From contig JBGAQY010000007.1 of the NCBI GenBank assembly GCA_044220495.1, forward strand, positions 11,112 through 75,111: a stretch of 64,000 nt of DNA, in the 5' to 3' direction. Both the position numbers and the translations under genes were made by a program. The stretch's first letter is position 1; each line of letters begins with the position of its first letter. Of this stretch, positions 8,247 to 17,683 are shown in pieces. This DNA is from Acidimicrobiales bacterium. Lineage in GTDB: Bacteria > Actinomycetota > Acidimicrobiia > Acidimicrobiales > JBBSGY01. The notes under the pieces are model-generated. The model saw nothing but the letters and a program-made list of their open reading frames with translations. It was not told where the DNA came from and made no database searches.

Positions 8247-8273
8247 TTATCGGAGTTTCCCGAGAAGTCTTGA
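8247..8273 (-). promoter_or_regulatory. Putative sigma28/WhiG/FliA-type promoter for the riboswitch-CAP transcript
   Basis: Minus strand TCAA-N15-TCCGATAA versus consensus TAAA-N15-GCCGATAA; ends about 17 nt before the aptamer. Confidence 0.5.
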
Positions 8274-8442
8274 GGGCCGACTTCAAACCGTCACGTTCTG
8301 AACCGTTCAACAAGATCACGAATTTCTAAGAAATCCCTGGTCGACGTGCCCTCTTGATCGCTAAGCACCGAGGCCTCGTTAACATGGCCGCCGTGCCGAT
8401 TCGTAACGTGTTCTCCACAGACAGTGACGAGGGGCACCCACA

Positions 8443-9705
8443 GTGTCGGTAGTCATGGTCGGTTTGAGCCACCGAAGCGCGGGCCTCGATCTCGTTGGCA
8501 AGGCAGCAGTTGCGCCCGACCACATGCCCGAGTTCCTTAAGCGCCTATTGAAGAGCGATCACATCACCGAGGCTGCTGTGCTGTCGACGTGTATGCGCAC
8601 CGAGGTCTATGTCGACGCCGTTCGTTTTCACGGCGCAGTCGCTGACGTCCGCCTGGTTCTCGCCCAGAACGCCGACGTTCCTCTCGAAGAAATCACCGGT
8701 GAAACCATCGAGCTGTTCGATGACGCCGCCAGCCGACATCTATTTAGAGTCGCCGCCGGGCTCGAATCAGCTGTCGTTGGCGAGGCCGAGATCTTGGGTC
8801 AAGTGGCGCGAGCGTGGAGCTCCGCCCGTGAAGTCGGAGCGTCGCGTCTCGTGCTCGGGTCGTTGTTCCGTCACGCCGTGCGAGCCGGCAAGCGTGCCCG
8901 TCACGAGACGGCCATTAGTCGAGGCATCACGTCAATCGGCCAGGCCGCTGTCGTAATGGCCGAACGCGCCGTGGGGGGATTGGCCGACAAGCGCGTACTC
9001 ATCCTTGGCGCCGGAGAGATGGGCGGGGGCATGGGTGCAACTCTCAAGGTTGCTGAAGGCGTCGGCGATGTTGTCGTATGCAACCGCACACAAGGGCGTG
9101 CTGAAGAACTCGCTACTGAGATTGGTGCACGGGCGATTCCGTTTGACGAGTTGTTGAGTGAGCTTCAGTTTGTCGATGTCTTGTTGACATCCACAGCTGC
9201 CGAGCACGCTGTTCTGAGCGCTGATGACGTGCGACGGTCGATGCAAGGGCGGGCCCAACGGCCGTTGGCGATTGTCGACATGGGTTTGCCGCGAGACGTT
9301 GAAGAATCGGTTGCCGAGATCGACAACGTCACCGTGCTTGATCTGTCTGATCTCGAGTCATTTGCTGACGTTGGCCGCAGTGAAAGGTCCAACGAAGTTG
9401 CAAGTGTCGAGCAGATCGTTGATGCCGAAGCGGTTGCCTATGCGCACGACATTTCAGCGCGATCGGTCGTTCCGGTAGTGCGTGGGTTGCGTGATCGCGT
9501 CGAAGAGATTCGTCTTGCTGAGCTAGAGCGTCGTCGCACGCAGCTCGACACGCTGAGCGCCGAGCAGCGCGCCATGGTCGAAGCACTCACACAAGCAATG
9601 CTTGCCAAAGTTCTGCATGGCCCAACTGTTCGCCTCAAACATGCGGCCGGCACCCCTGAGGGCGAACGCATGGTCGAGGCCGTTCGCAACTTGTTGGATC
9701 TGTAA
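8443..9705 (+). CDS. hemA: Glutamyl-tRNA reductase
   Basis: GLSHR, STCMRTE, GLESAVVGEAEILGQ and LGAGEMG motifs. Confidence 0.95.
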   Translation: MSVVMVGLSHRSAGLDLVGKAAVAPDHMPEFLKRLLKSDHITEAAVLSTCMRTEVYVDAVRFHGAVADVRLVLAQNADVPLEEITGETIELFDDAASRHLFRVAAGLESAVVGEAEILGQVARAWSSAREVGASRLVLGSLFRHAVRAGKRARHETAISRGITSIGQAAVVMAERAVGGLADKRVLILGAGEMGGGMGATLKVAEGVGDVVVCNRTQGRAEELATEIGARAIPFDELLSELQFVDVLLTSTAAEHAVLSADDVRRSMQGRAQRPLAIVDMGLPRDVEESVAEIDNVTVLDLSDLESFADVGRSERSNEVASVEQIVDAEAVAYAHDISARSVVPVVRGLRDRVEEIRLAELERRRTQLDTLSAEQRAMVEALTQAMLAKVLHGPTVRLKHAAGTPEGERMVEAVRNLLDL

Positions 9706-9709
9706 GTCG

Positions 9710-10624
9710 GTGTCTTCTCGCAAACTTCGTGCTGCCACGCGCGGGAGCATCTTGGCTTTGTGGCAAACCAATCATGTTGCCGAGTTGTTGGGTGTAGAAG
9801 TCGAAAACGTCGTCGTACAGACCCTGGGCGACACCACGCAGAAGACCAACGCGCCTATTGAGTCAATGCGCGGCCAAGGTGTTTTTGTCAAAGAGGTACA
9901 GGCTGCAGTACTAGAAGGACGAGCCGACTTTGCGGTGCACTCCGCCAAAGATTTGCCTTCAGATACTGCCGACGGTTTGATACTCGCCGCCGTGCCCGAA
10001 CGTGGCGACCCTCGCGACGCGTTGATCGGTTGCGCACTCGAAGACCTACCGGCCGGCGCCCGTATTGGCACGGGGTCGGTGCGGCGACGCGCACAACTTG
10101 CGTTCTTGCGGCCCGACCTGACGTTTGCCAACTTGCGCGGCAATGTCGATACGCGAATTGCCAAGGCTGGCGATTTCGACGCCATCGTCATGGCCTACGC
10201 GCCGATACAACGTCTTCAACGAACCGACGTGACAGCGCACGTGTTGTCGCCGGCGACGATGTTGCCGCAAGTCGCGCAAGGTGCACTTGCCGTGGAGTGT
10301 CGCGAAGACGATGAAGAGACAATCGAGCTCTTGCAGTCGATTGAGCATGTCTACAGTCGCATTGCTGTCGACGCTGAGCGGGCCTACCTTTCACGCCTCG
10401 GTGGCGGATGTGACTTGCCCGTCGGTGCGCACGCGACCGTGAGTGCGCACGGCGAGATAGCAATGCGCGCGCTCTTGGCTTCTCTCGACGGGCGCATTGC
10501 GTTGAGAGCGCGCGGCACGGGCAATGATCCCGAACAGCTCGGACGCAAGTTGGCTGAGCAACTCTTGTTTCGTGATGGTGGCTCTGAACTGTTGTTGAGC
10601 CACAAGATGTGGCACAGCTCTTGA
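9710..10624 (+). CDS. hemC: Hydroxymethylbilane synthase
   Basis: TRGSILALWQ, GVFVKE, VHSAKD, LRGNVDTR and LGGGC motifs; GTG start at 9710. Confidence 0.96.
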   Translation: MSSRKLRAATRGSILALWQTNHVAELLGVEVENVVVQTLGDTTQKTNAPIESMRGQGVFVKEVQAAVLEGRADFAVHSAKDLPSDTADGLILAAVPERGDPRDALIGCALEDLPAGARIGTGSVRRRAQLAFLRPDLTFANLRGNVDTRIAKAGDFDAIVMAYAPIQRLQRTDVTAHVLSPATMLPQVAQGALAVECREDDEETIELLQSIEHVYSRIAVDAERAYLSRLGGGCDLPVGAHATVSAHGEIAMRALLASLDGRIALRARGTGNDPEQLGRKLAEQLLFRDGGSELLLSHKMWHSS

Positions 10625-11370
10625 AATCTCTCGACGGCGTTTCAGTAGTCGTTACGCGTGCTCGCCATCAAGCGGGCGTTCTTGCTGACCTACTAACTGC
10701 TGAGGGTGCGCGTGTCACGACCATCCCACTAATTGAGGTTCGACAACCGAGTGACAACAGCGTTGCTCTGTTCGATGCCCTTTCTCACATGGGCGACTAC
10801 GACTGGCTCGTCTTTACGTCGGTCAATGCAGTGAGCGCCTTTTTCAATGCCGTCGAGGGGTCAAGGTCGGCGCTGCTCATTTCGCCTCCTCAGTTCGCCG
10901 CCATTGGCGAAGCGACGGCAAGAGCATTGTCAGAAGGTCAGATCGAACCCGACCTTGTTGTCAAAGACTCGACGGGCGCAGAGTTTGCTGCTGCGTTTCC
11001 AGAAGGCATGGGCCGCTTGTTATTGCCGCAGTCAGAGCGGGCGGGCGATGTGGTGAGCGACGCGCTAGTGGCGAAGGGTTGGAAGGTAGAGGTGGTGCCT
11101 GCCTATCGGGTCGTCGACGTGATGCCCGGGCCCGACGAGCTACAAGACATAAGAAAGAGCGATGTCATCATTTTCACGTCGCCATCGACAGTTGAGAGTT
11201 TCGTGGCAACGGCTGCGATTGCTGATGTTCCGACGCCAAAAGTTGTGGCTGCCATCGGGCCGACCACCGCTGAACGTGCACTTTCGCTGGGCATCTCTGT
11301 AGATGTCGTGCCTGATCACTACTCCGCCGAGGGTTTGATACAGGCGCTCGTGGCTTTTTGGTCGTCATAG
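10609..11370 (+). CDS. hemD: Uroporphyrinogen-III synthase
   Basis: VVVTRA, WLVFTSVNAV, AAIGEAT, FTSPST and AAIGPTT motifs. Confidence 0.93.
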   Translation: MAQLLKSLDGVSVVVTRARHQAGVLADLLTAEGARVTTIPLIEVRQPSDNSVALFDALSHMGDYDWLVFTSVNAVSAFFNAVEGSRSALLISPPQFAAIGEATARALSEGQIEPDLVVKDSTGAEFAAAFPEGMGRLLLPQSERAGDVVSDALVAKGWKVEVVPAYRVVDVMPGPDELQDIRKSDVIIFTSPSTVESFVATAAIADVPTPKVVAAIGPTTAERALSLGISVDVVPDHYSAEGLIQALVAFWSS

Positions 11371-11439
11371 GCCAAGGCGCCATAAGGCCGGCGTCTTGGC
11401 CGTGCGTGTCCTTTTCGCGCACCCTCTAAGCTCGGGCCC

Positions 11440-12420
11440 ATGTTTCCTGAGCGTCGAATGCGACGACTGCGCCGTACGCCGGCTTTGCGCCGAATGGTGG
11501 CCGAAACCCACCTGCGTGTTGATGATCTTGTAGCCCCTCTGTTTGTTCGTGAGGGCATCGATCAGCCCAACCCGATTTCGTCGTTGCCCGGTGTCGTGCA
11601 ACACACACGCGAGACCTTGGTGAAAGAAGTGCACGAACTGGCCGAGCTTGGTGTGCCGGCCGTCATCTTGTTCGGCATTCCGAGCACTAAAGATGCAACG
11701 GGTTCGCAGGCGTGGAATCCCGACGGCATCATGCAACTTGCGCTCAAAGATCTGCGTGAGTCAGTTGGTGATCGCATCGTCATCATGGCCGACCTTTGTC
11801 TTGATGAATACACCGACCACGGGCACTGCGGTGTGCTCAACGACAATGGCGATGTCGATAACGACGCAACGCTTGAGCTCTACGGCATGACTGCAGTTGC
11901 CCAGGCTTTTGCTGGTGCCGACTTTGTTGCTCCTTCAGGAATGATGGATGGTCAAGTTGCGGTTATTCGCGGCGCACTCGACGAAGAGGGCTTCGACGAC
12001 ACGGCGATTCTTGCTTACTCGGCGAAGTACGCGTCAGCTTTGTATGGCCCATTCCGTGAAGCGGTCGACGTAACGATTGCCAACGGCGGCAACCGCAAGG
12101 GCTACCAACAAGATCCTGCCAACAAGCGTGAAGCAATTGCCGAGATTGCTCTCGACATTGCTGAGGGTGCCGACATGGTCATGGTCAAGCCAGCCCTTAC
12201 TTATCTCGACATCGTCGTTGCCGCTCGCGAGAGCGCGGAAGTGCCCGTTGCTGCGTATCAAGTGAGCGGTGAGTACGCAATGATCAAGGCCGCTGCCGAG
12301 CGTGGGTGGATTGATGGCACAGCTGTTGGTCTTGAACAACTCACGGCGATCAAGCGGGCCGGCGCTGATTTGATTCTCACTTACCTGGCCAAGGATGTGG
12401 CGACCGCTTTCAATGGCTGA
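11440..12420 (+). CDS. hemB: Porphobilinogen synthase
   Basis: RMRRLR, CLDEYTDHGHCG, SGMMDG, YGPFR and MVKP motifs. Confidence 0.97.
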   Translation: MFPERRMRRLRRTPALRRMVAETHLRVDDLVAPLFVREGIDQPNPISSLPGVVQHTRETLVKEVHELAELGVPAVILFGIPSTKDATGSQAWNPDGIMQLALKDLRESVGDRIVIMADLCLDEYTDHGHCGVLNDNGDVDNDATLELYGMTAVAQAFAGADFVAPSGMMDGQVAVIRGALDEEGFDDTAILAYSAKYASALYGPFREAVDVTIANGGNRKGYQQDPANKREAIAEIALDIAEGADMVMVKPALTYLDIVVAARESAEVPVAAYQVSGEYAMIKAAAERGWIDGTAVGLEQLTAIKRAGADLILTYLAKDVATAFNG

Positions 12421-13681
12421 CGAACGCACCAATCTCTCGTTGTTCGAGCGAGCCAAACGAGTGATACCCGGTGGTGTCAATTCGCCGGTGCGCGCCTTCA
12501 ACTCTGTCGGTGGAAATCCATATTTTGTTGAACGGGCCGAAGGTGCCTTTGTTTGGGACGTAGAAGGTCGCAAGTATCTCGACTACGTCCAATCGTGGGG
12601 TGCGTCGATCGTCGGGCACGCGCATCCGCAGATCATCGAAGCAATCACAGCGGCTGCGTTGGGTGGAACAAGCTATGGCGCGCCGACCGAACGTGAAGTG
12701 CTGTTGGCCGAGGCGATAACCCAGCGCGTGCAGGGCTGTGAAAGTTTGCGTCTCGTTTCGAGCGGAACTGAAGCAACAATGAGTGCGATTCGTGTCGCTC
12801 GTGGTTTTACTGGCCGCAGTCGAGTCATCAAGTTTGCTGGCTGCTATCACGGCCATTCCGACGCGTTGCTCGCTGGCGGTGGCAGCGGTGTTGCAACGTT
12901 GGGTCTGCCTGACTCGGCTGGTGTTCCGCAGAGCGCCGTCTCGAACACGATTGTTGTGCCTTACAACGTCGTTCCGCAGATCGGCGACGACGTTGCGTGT
13001 GTGATTGTTGAACCTGTCGCAGCAAACATGGGCCTCGTGCCACCCGTGCCTGGTTTCTTGAGTGGGCTGCGCGATGCGTGTACGGCGGCCGGCGCTTTGT
13101 TGATCTTTGACGAAGTCATAACGGGCTTTCGCATGAGCTATGGCGGTGTGCAAGACATCGTTGATGTACGCCCCGACCTTTGGTGTTTCGGAAAGGTCAT
13201 CGGCGGCGGGCTTCCCGTTGGTGCTTTCGGAGGTCGCGCTGATGTGATGCAAGTGCTGGCGCCACTTGGGCCTGTGTATCAAGCAGGCACGCTTTCGGGC
13301 AATCCGCTGGCAACGGCGGCCGGTCTTGCTGCCCTCTCGTTGCTCGACGATGCGGCTTACAAGATGTTGGTCGGGCGCGCTGAAGAGATCGCGAAATTGT
13401 TGAGTAAAGCAATGCTTGACGCCGGTGTTGCTGCGCAGGTTGTGCAATACGGGCCCTTGCTCGGCCTCTTCTTTTCGCCAACGCGTGTGCTTGATTACGA
13501 CGACGCACAGATCGCCGCAAGCAACGGACTCTACAAGCGCTTCTTTCACGAAATGCTCGACCGCAACATCGCCCTGCCGCCGAGCCCCTACGAAGTGTTC
13601 TTTCCGTCACTCGCGCATTCTTGGGATGACATAGAGCGCACGGGCGATGCCGCTGCTGCAGCGGCCGCCACGTTGTCGTGA
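12413..13681 (+). CDS. hemL: Glutamate-1-semialdehyde 2,1-aminomutase
   Basis: IPGGVNSPVRAF, SSGTEATM, FDEVITGFR and FGKVIGGG motifs. Confidence 0.97.
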   Translation: MADERTNLSLFERAKRVIPGGVNSPVRAFNSVGGNPYFVERAEGAFVWDVEGRKYLDYVQSWGASIVGHAHPQIIEAITAAALGGTSYGAPTEREVLLAEAITQRVQGCESLRLVSSGTEATMSAIRVARGFTGRSRVIKFAGCYHGHSDALLAGGGSGVATLGLPDSAGVPQSAVSNTIVVPYNVVPQIGDDVACVIVEPVAANMGLVPPVPGFLSGLRDACTAAGALLIFDEVITGFRMSYGGVQDIVDVRPDLWCFGKVIGGGLPVGAFGGRADVMQVLAPLGPVYQAGTLSGNPLATAAGLAALSLLDDAAYKMLVGRAEEIAKLLSKAMLDAGVAAQVVQYGPLLGLFFSPTRVLDYDDAQIAASNGLYKRFFHEMLDRNIALPPSPYEVFFPSLAHSWDDIERTGDAAAAAAATLS

Positions 13682-15153
13682 CAGCGCTGCTCTCGGGTAA
13701 GCGAGGCCAGATTGTCGTCTTGTTTGCAATCTTCCTGCTGGCTGCCTACTTGGGCTTTCACCACATCGGCAGCAAAAGCTTGTGGGATGACGAGGCCTTT
13801 AGCGTCGCCGCTGCGCGTTTACCGCTGTCAGACCTTTGGACGCTGAGCACCGAGAGAGATCCGCACACATTTGCGTATCACTTGTTCTTGCACGCGTGGA
13901 TAGCTGTGGGTGGCAACGGTGAGACTTGGGTACGTGCTCTTTCCGTCGTGTTTTCATTGGCTGGTGTCGCGTTCTTGTGGCTCGCTGCGCGCCGACTGTT
14001 TGGTGTCGTCGAGGCGCATCTATCAGCGTTGCTGTTGGCGATCACGGCGTTCTTCATTCAGTACCAACAAGAAGCGCGTCCCTATGCATTCGCGCTCATG
14101 CTCGTCTGTCTTTCAACATGGATGTTTGCTCGCGCTGTGCAAGCGCCGGGTAATACCAAAGCGTGGATTGCGTGGGGAATTTCGGCGGCAGCGATCGCTT
14201 ACTCACACCCATTTGCCTTGGGTGCGGTTGCCGCTCAGGCTCTAGCTGTCGTGTTCGTGCCAAAACCGCGACCGACATGGCGTCAACTGCTTGGCGCGGT
14301 CGTCGCGTTTGTGCTGGTCATCTCACCGCTAGTTGGTCTGCTTGTTGTCGGTAGCGCTGAACAACTGAATTGGGTTGCCAAGCCCGACTTTGGATCCATC
14401 GCTGGCGCGCTCTATTTAATGAGCGGACACATGGGTGCGGGCGCAACCTTGATTGTCGTGTTGACGTTGGGGTGGTTTGTTGTAGAGCTGATCCGCCGCC
14501 GTAAGCGCGAAGAGTCAGCGGCAACGTGGTCGAGTGTGTTCGTACTGTTGTGGATCGTTCTGTTGCCGGCAGTGCTAATTGCGGTTTCGTTCGTCGAACC
14601 CGTTTTGGTGCCTCGCTACCTGATCCCATGTCTGCCAGCTGTCGTGGTCGCCGTTGCAGTGACGATTTTGCGATTTCACGACCGTTTGCTCATGGGTGTC
14701 GTGCTCGTTGCGCTACTTGCTTCATCGCAGGCAGGGCGAAACGGCTATTACTCGCAAGACAAAGACGATTGGCGCACGGCCGCCAACTTTGTTGCCAAGC
14801 GAGCGCAGCCCGGCGACGGAATTTTGTTCTTGGCTGATCATCGACTGCCGTTCGAGTACTACTACTCACAGTTTCGAATAAGCAAAGACTCAGCACCCAC
14901 GCCGATCTCTCCGACGCGACCGTGGTTGTCGAAGTTGCCAGCGCATGAGCAGCGAGCCGATTTGAGTTCCACCGAAGCCGTAGAGCGCACCGCAAGTAAG
15001 TACAAACGCGTCTGGTGGGTGCTAATCGCAAATGATCCATATAACGAACCGGTAGTCGACGGGCTCGCTCAACAGTTCGGGCCGTCACGCGCCGAAGAGA
15101 TTTCACCAAACCTGGTTGTGCGCCTTTACGGAGAAACCGAGCTCAACAATTAG
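13678..15153 (+). CDS. Glycosyltransferase family 39 (PMT/ArnT-like) membrane protein
   Basis: SLWDDEAFS, HTFAYHL, QEARPYA and PRYL motifs; many TM segments and a C-terminal periplasmic-type domain. Confidence 0.85.
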   Translation: MTALLSGKRGQIVVLFAIFLLAAYLGFHHIGSKSLWDDEAFSVAAARLPLSDLWTLSTERDPHTFAYHLFLHAWIAVGGNGETWVRALSVVFSLAGVAFLWLAARRLFGVVEAHLSALLLAITAFFIQYQQEARPYAFALMLVCLSTWMFARAVQAPGNTKAWIAWGISAAAIAYSHPFALGAVAAQALAVVFVPKPRPTWRQLLGAVVAFVLVISPLVGLLVVGSAEQLNWVAKPDFGSIAGALYLMSGHMGAGATLIVVLTLGWFVVELIRRRKREESAATWSSVFVLLWIVLLPAVLIAVSFVEPVLVPRYLIPCLPAVVVAVAVTILRFHDRLLMGVVLVALLASSQAGRNGYYSQDKDDWRTAANFVAKRAQPGDGILFLADHRLPFEYYYSQFRISKDSAPTPISPTRPWLSKLPAHEQRADLSSTEAVERTASKYKRVWWVLIANDPYNEPVVDGLAQQFGPSRAEEISPNLVVRLYGETELNN

Positions 15154-15233
15154 ATGTTCGGAGTTCCCACAAGAACGTCATGGACCTCTCAGGGACATAT
15201 ATCCATGAGAAAGTCCATGAGCTCAACAACTAG
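15139..15233. repeat. 15-bp direct repeat flanking a 65-bp hairpin-containing segment
   Basis: gagctcaacaattag (15139-15153) and gagctcaacaactag (15219-15233); internal hairpin catggacctctca...tgagaaagtccatg. Confidence 0.6.
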
Positions 15234-15235
15234 AG

Positions 15236-16426
15236 CTAGGCAGAACGAGTCATGATGTCGGTGACGAATTCGTCGAGGCCAAGTTCGGCGAGGTAGTCAT
15301 GCGATGGCACGACTCCGCCTTCCCAAGAAGTGTTGTTCGCCGCGAGCACGTTGGTGACTTGTTCGGCTACGTAAACGGCGTGTGTTGGGCTGAGGGTGCG
15401 GTCGGGCAGCGACTCAGCATCATGGCTGCGCGCAACTGCCTCGACCAATGAATACGGCAAACCCCAAAGCGTGAGCAGGTACGCGCCGAGCTGCGCGTGC
15501 GGTGCACCGAGAACGTCGAGTTCGCATTCGACAACTGAGCGTCCGCTGCTTGTTACTTCCTCGCGCAGAGCAATGAACTCATTGGGCAGACATGAGAGCA
15601 CCGCCAGCAGACCGATGTCGTGCATCATTCCCGCGGCGAATGCGTCATGAACTTGATGGCGGTGAGACATCAGCGACCGGGCCATCTCGGCAACGGCCAA
15701 TGAATGTGTATGCATGCCTTCGATCGAAGTGATCAGCTCTGGTGAGGGCGGAGTAAAGGCACGAACGAGTTCAACAGCGGACAGCAGATTGCGCACGGTC
15801 GCAAGGCCTAGGTACGACACTGCGTGTTGGGCATTGCTGACGCGACGGTTGAGGCCGAAGAACGCCGAGTTCACTAATTGCAACAGCTTTGCGGTCATTG
15901 CCGTGTCGGCTTCGATCACGCGCGCAACATCGTCGAGTGAAGCGTCTGGTCGCGCCAGGATTTGATTCAACTCGAGAACACTTAATGGCGGGCTTGGCAA
16001 GGTCTCGATGTTTTGAAGCAAACCTCGCAAGGCTGGGCTGTTGAGTCGGTGTTGCAGATCGCGACTGCGAGCGATTGCTTCGTTGAGTACGCCAATCTCG
16101 AGTGGTGCGGCAAGAAACTGGTGAGCAACGGGCACCGATCGAAGCGCGAGCGGCAGGTCGCGAAAGTCTGAAGCAACAATGCGAATGCTCTCCGGAAAGC
16201 GCTCTTGCACGAGACTCAAGAAAGCAGCGCCATCGATGTTCGGCATGCGCAGGTCAGACACGACAATGTCGTACGCGCCGCGCGCCGCCATTTCGTCGAG
16301 CGCTTCTTGGGCGCCAGCGCAGAACAACATTTCCCACTCGTTGTGCTTCTCAGCGGTGAGACTTTGTAGCCGAGTGAGCGCGCGCTGGTCGTCGTCGACA
16401 AACAGAACCCGTGTTCTTGCGCTCAT
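15236..16426 (-). CDS. Response regulator with REC and HDOD domains
   Basis: VLFVDDD...VVSDLRMP receiver; LPSPP, IEADTAMTAKLLQLVNSAFFG and GMMHDIG HDOD motifs. Confidence 0.92.
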   Translation of the reverse strand: MSARTRVLFVDDDQRALTRLQSLTAEKHNEWEMLFCAGAQEALDEMAARGAYDIVVSDLRMPNIDGAAFLSLVQERFPESIRIVASDFRDLPLALRSVPVAHQFLAAPLEIGVLNEAIARSRDLQHRLNSPALRGLLQNIETLPSPPLSVLELNQILARPDASLDDVARVIEADTAMTAKLLQLVNSAFFGLNRRVSNAQHAVSYLGLATVRNLLSAVELVRAFTPPSPELITSIEGMHTHSLAVAEMARSLMSHRHQVHDAFAAGMMHDIGLLAVLSCLPNEFIALREEVTSSGRSVVECELDVLGAPHAQLGAYLLTLWGLPYSLVEAVARSHDAESLPDRTLSPTHAVYVAEQVTNVLAANNTSWEGGVVPSHDYLAELGLDEFVTDIMTRSA

Positions 16427-16600
16427 GGCCTCACCCCCCACTTCTGATGAACTCAACCGTCTGGGCACTGTCCGATTTGCGCCGTGACCTGGGAGTTCGC
16501 CTCGTCTTTATCGGTTTGGAGTGGGACATCTAAAGCTGACCGGGCTCAAGTTCGGTCAAGGTGCTCGTTAGGGCCAGCGATAACGACCAGAATGAGGCCA

Positions 16601-17674
16601 ATGACTGACTCGCCGCACACCCCGCCAGTACCTCGAGCCCTCGACCTAGCTGCTGCATGGGCCTGGCGCCTGGTAGTCGTGGCCTTCGGCGTCGTGACAA
16701 TCGCCGTCGTCCTCTATGAGTTGCGGATCGTGATGGTGCCCGTCTTCGTGGCGTTGCTCGTATCGACCCTGTTCATCCCACCGGTGCGCTACTTGCAATC
16801 GCGCGGGTTGGGGGCGGCTCCAGCAACTGCGCTCGTTTACCTGACCGTTGCGGCTTGCGCCGCCATCGGCATCTACCTCTTGGCATCGCCGGTTGCCTCA
16901 CAGTTCAACGACCTTGGCCCACAGCTGCAAGGCGGTATCGACAAGATGCAGAACTGGCTCACAACGGGGCCACTCGAGCTGTCGCAGGCCGACCTCGATA
17001 AATACATTCAACAAGCGCGCGAATCGGTTCAAGCCAATTCGAGCGGGCTGCAATCGGGCCTCATCACGAGCGCAACTTTGGTGGGCGAAGTGATCACGGG
17101 CATCTTGCTGACGCTCATCTTGAGTTTCTTCTTTGTCAAAGACGGCGACCACCTTGCGGCGGCGGTGATCAATCGTTTTCCACTTCGCCACCGTTCGGTA
17201 GCGAACCGCTCAGCGCAACGCGCGTTCCACATTCTCGGCGGCTACCTGCGTGGTGTGGCGATGACGGGCGTCGTTGATGCAGTACTTATCGGCATCGCGC
17301 TGGTTGTCATCGGCGTGCCGCTTGTATTGCCGCTCGTGATCCTTACGTTCTTCGGCGCGTTCTTTCCCGTCGTTGGTGCAACCGTTGCCGGCGTGTTGGC
17401 TGCCCTTGTTGCTCTCGTGAACGGTGGACCTGTCGACGCATTGTTTGTTCTCATCGCAGTTATCGTTGTGCAACAAGTTGAAGGTCACTTGTTGCAACCA
17501 CTGCTCGTTGGCCGTGCTGTTCGTTTGCATCCGGTCGTGATCTTGGTGTCGCTCGTGTCGGGCACGATCGTTGCCGGTCTGCTTGGTGCATTTCTCGCAG
17601 TGCCGATTGTCGCAGTGATAACCGGAGTAACGCGTGAGATCGAGGGCGAACGTCCGGCTGAAGTGTCGGTCTGA
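16601..17674 (+). CDS. AI-2E family transporter
   Basis: FFFVKDG, FFPVVGA, VQQVEGHLLQP and LHP motifs; multi-TM. Confidence 0.93.
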   Translation: MTDSPHTPPVPRALDLAAAWAWRLVVVAFGVVTIAVVLYELRIVMVPVFVALLVSTLFIPPVRYLQSRGLGAAPATALVYLTVAACAAIGIYLLASPVASQFNDLGPQLQGGIDKMQNWLTTGPLELSQADLDKYIQQARESVQANSSGLQSGLITSATLVGEVITGILLTLILSFFFVKDGDHLAAAVINRFPLRHRSVANRSAQRAFHILGGYLRGVAMTGVVDAVLIGIALVVIGVPLVLPLVILTFFGAFFPVVGATVAGVLAALVALVNGGPVDALFVLIAVIVVQQVEGHLLQPLLVGRAVRLHPVVILVSLVSGTIVAGLLGAFLAVPIVAVITGVTREIEGERPAEVSV

Positions 17675-17683
17675 AGCGAACGG

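Noticed and set aside
8274-8442. Rex operator upstream of hemA (and upstream of nuoA)
   Set aside because: No TGTGAA-n4-TTCACA-like dyad found at either place, and no rex gene precedes hemA here.
12410-13549. 379-aa antisense ORF over hemL
   Set aside because: Shadow of a codon-biased sense gene with no recognisable motifs. The same applies to 1706-2632, 33548-34240, 36310-37068, 45626-46486 and 55407-55958.
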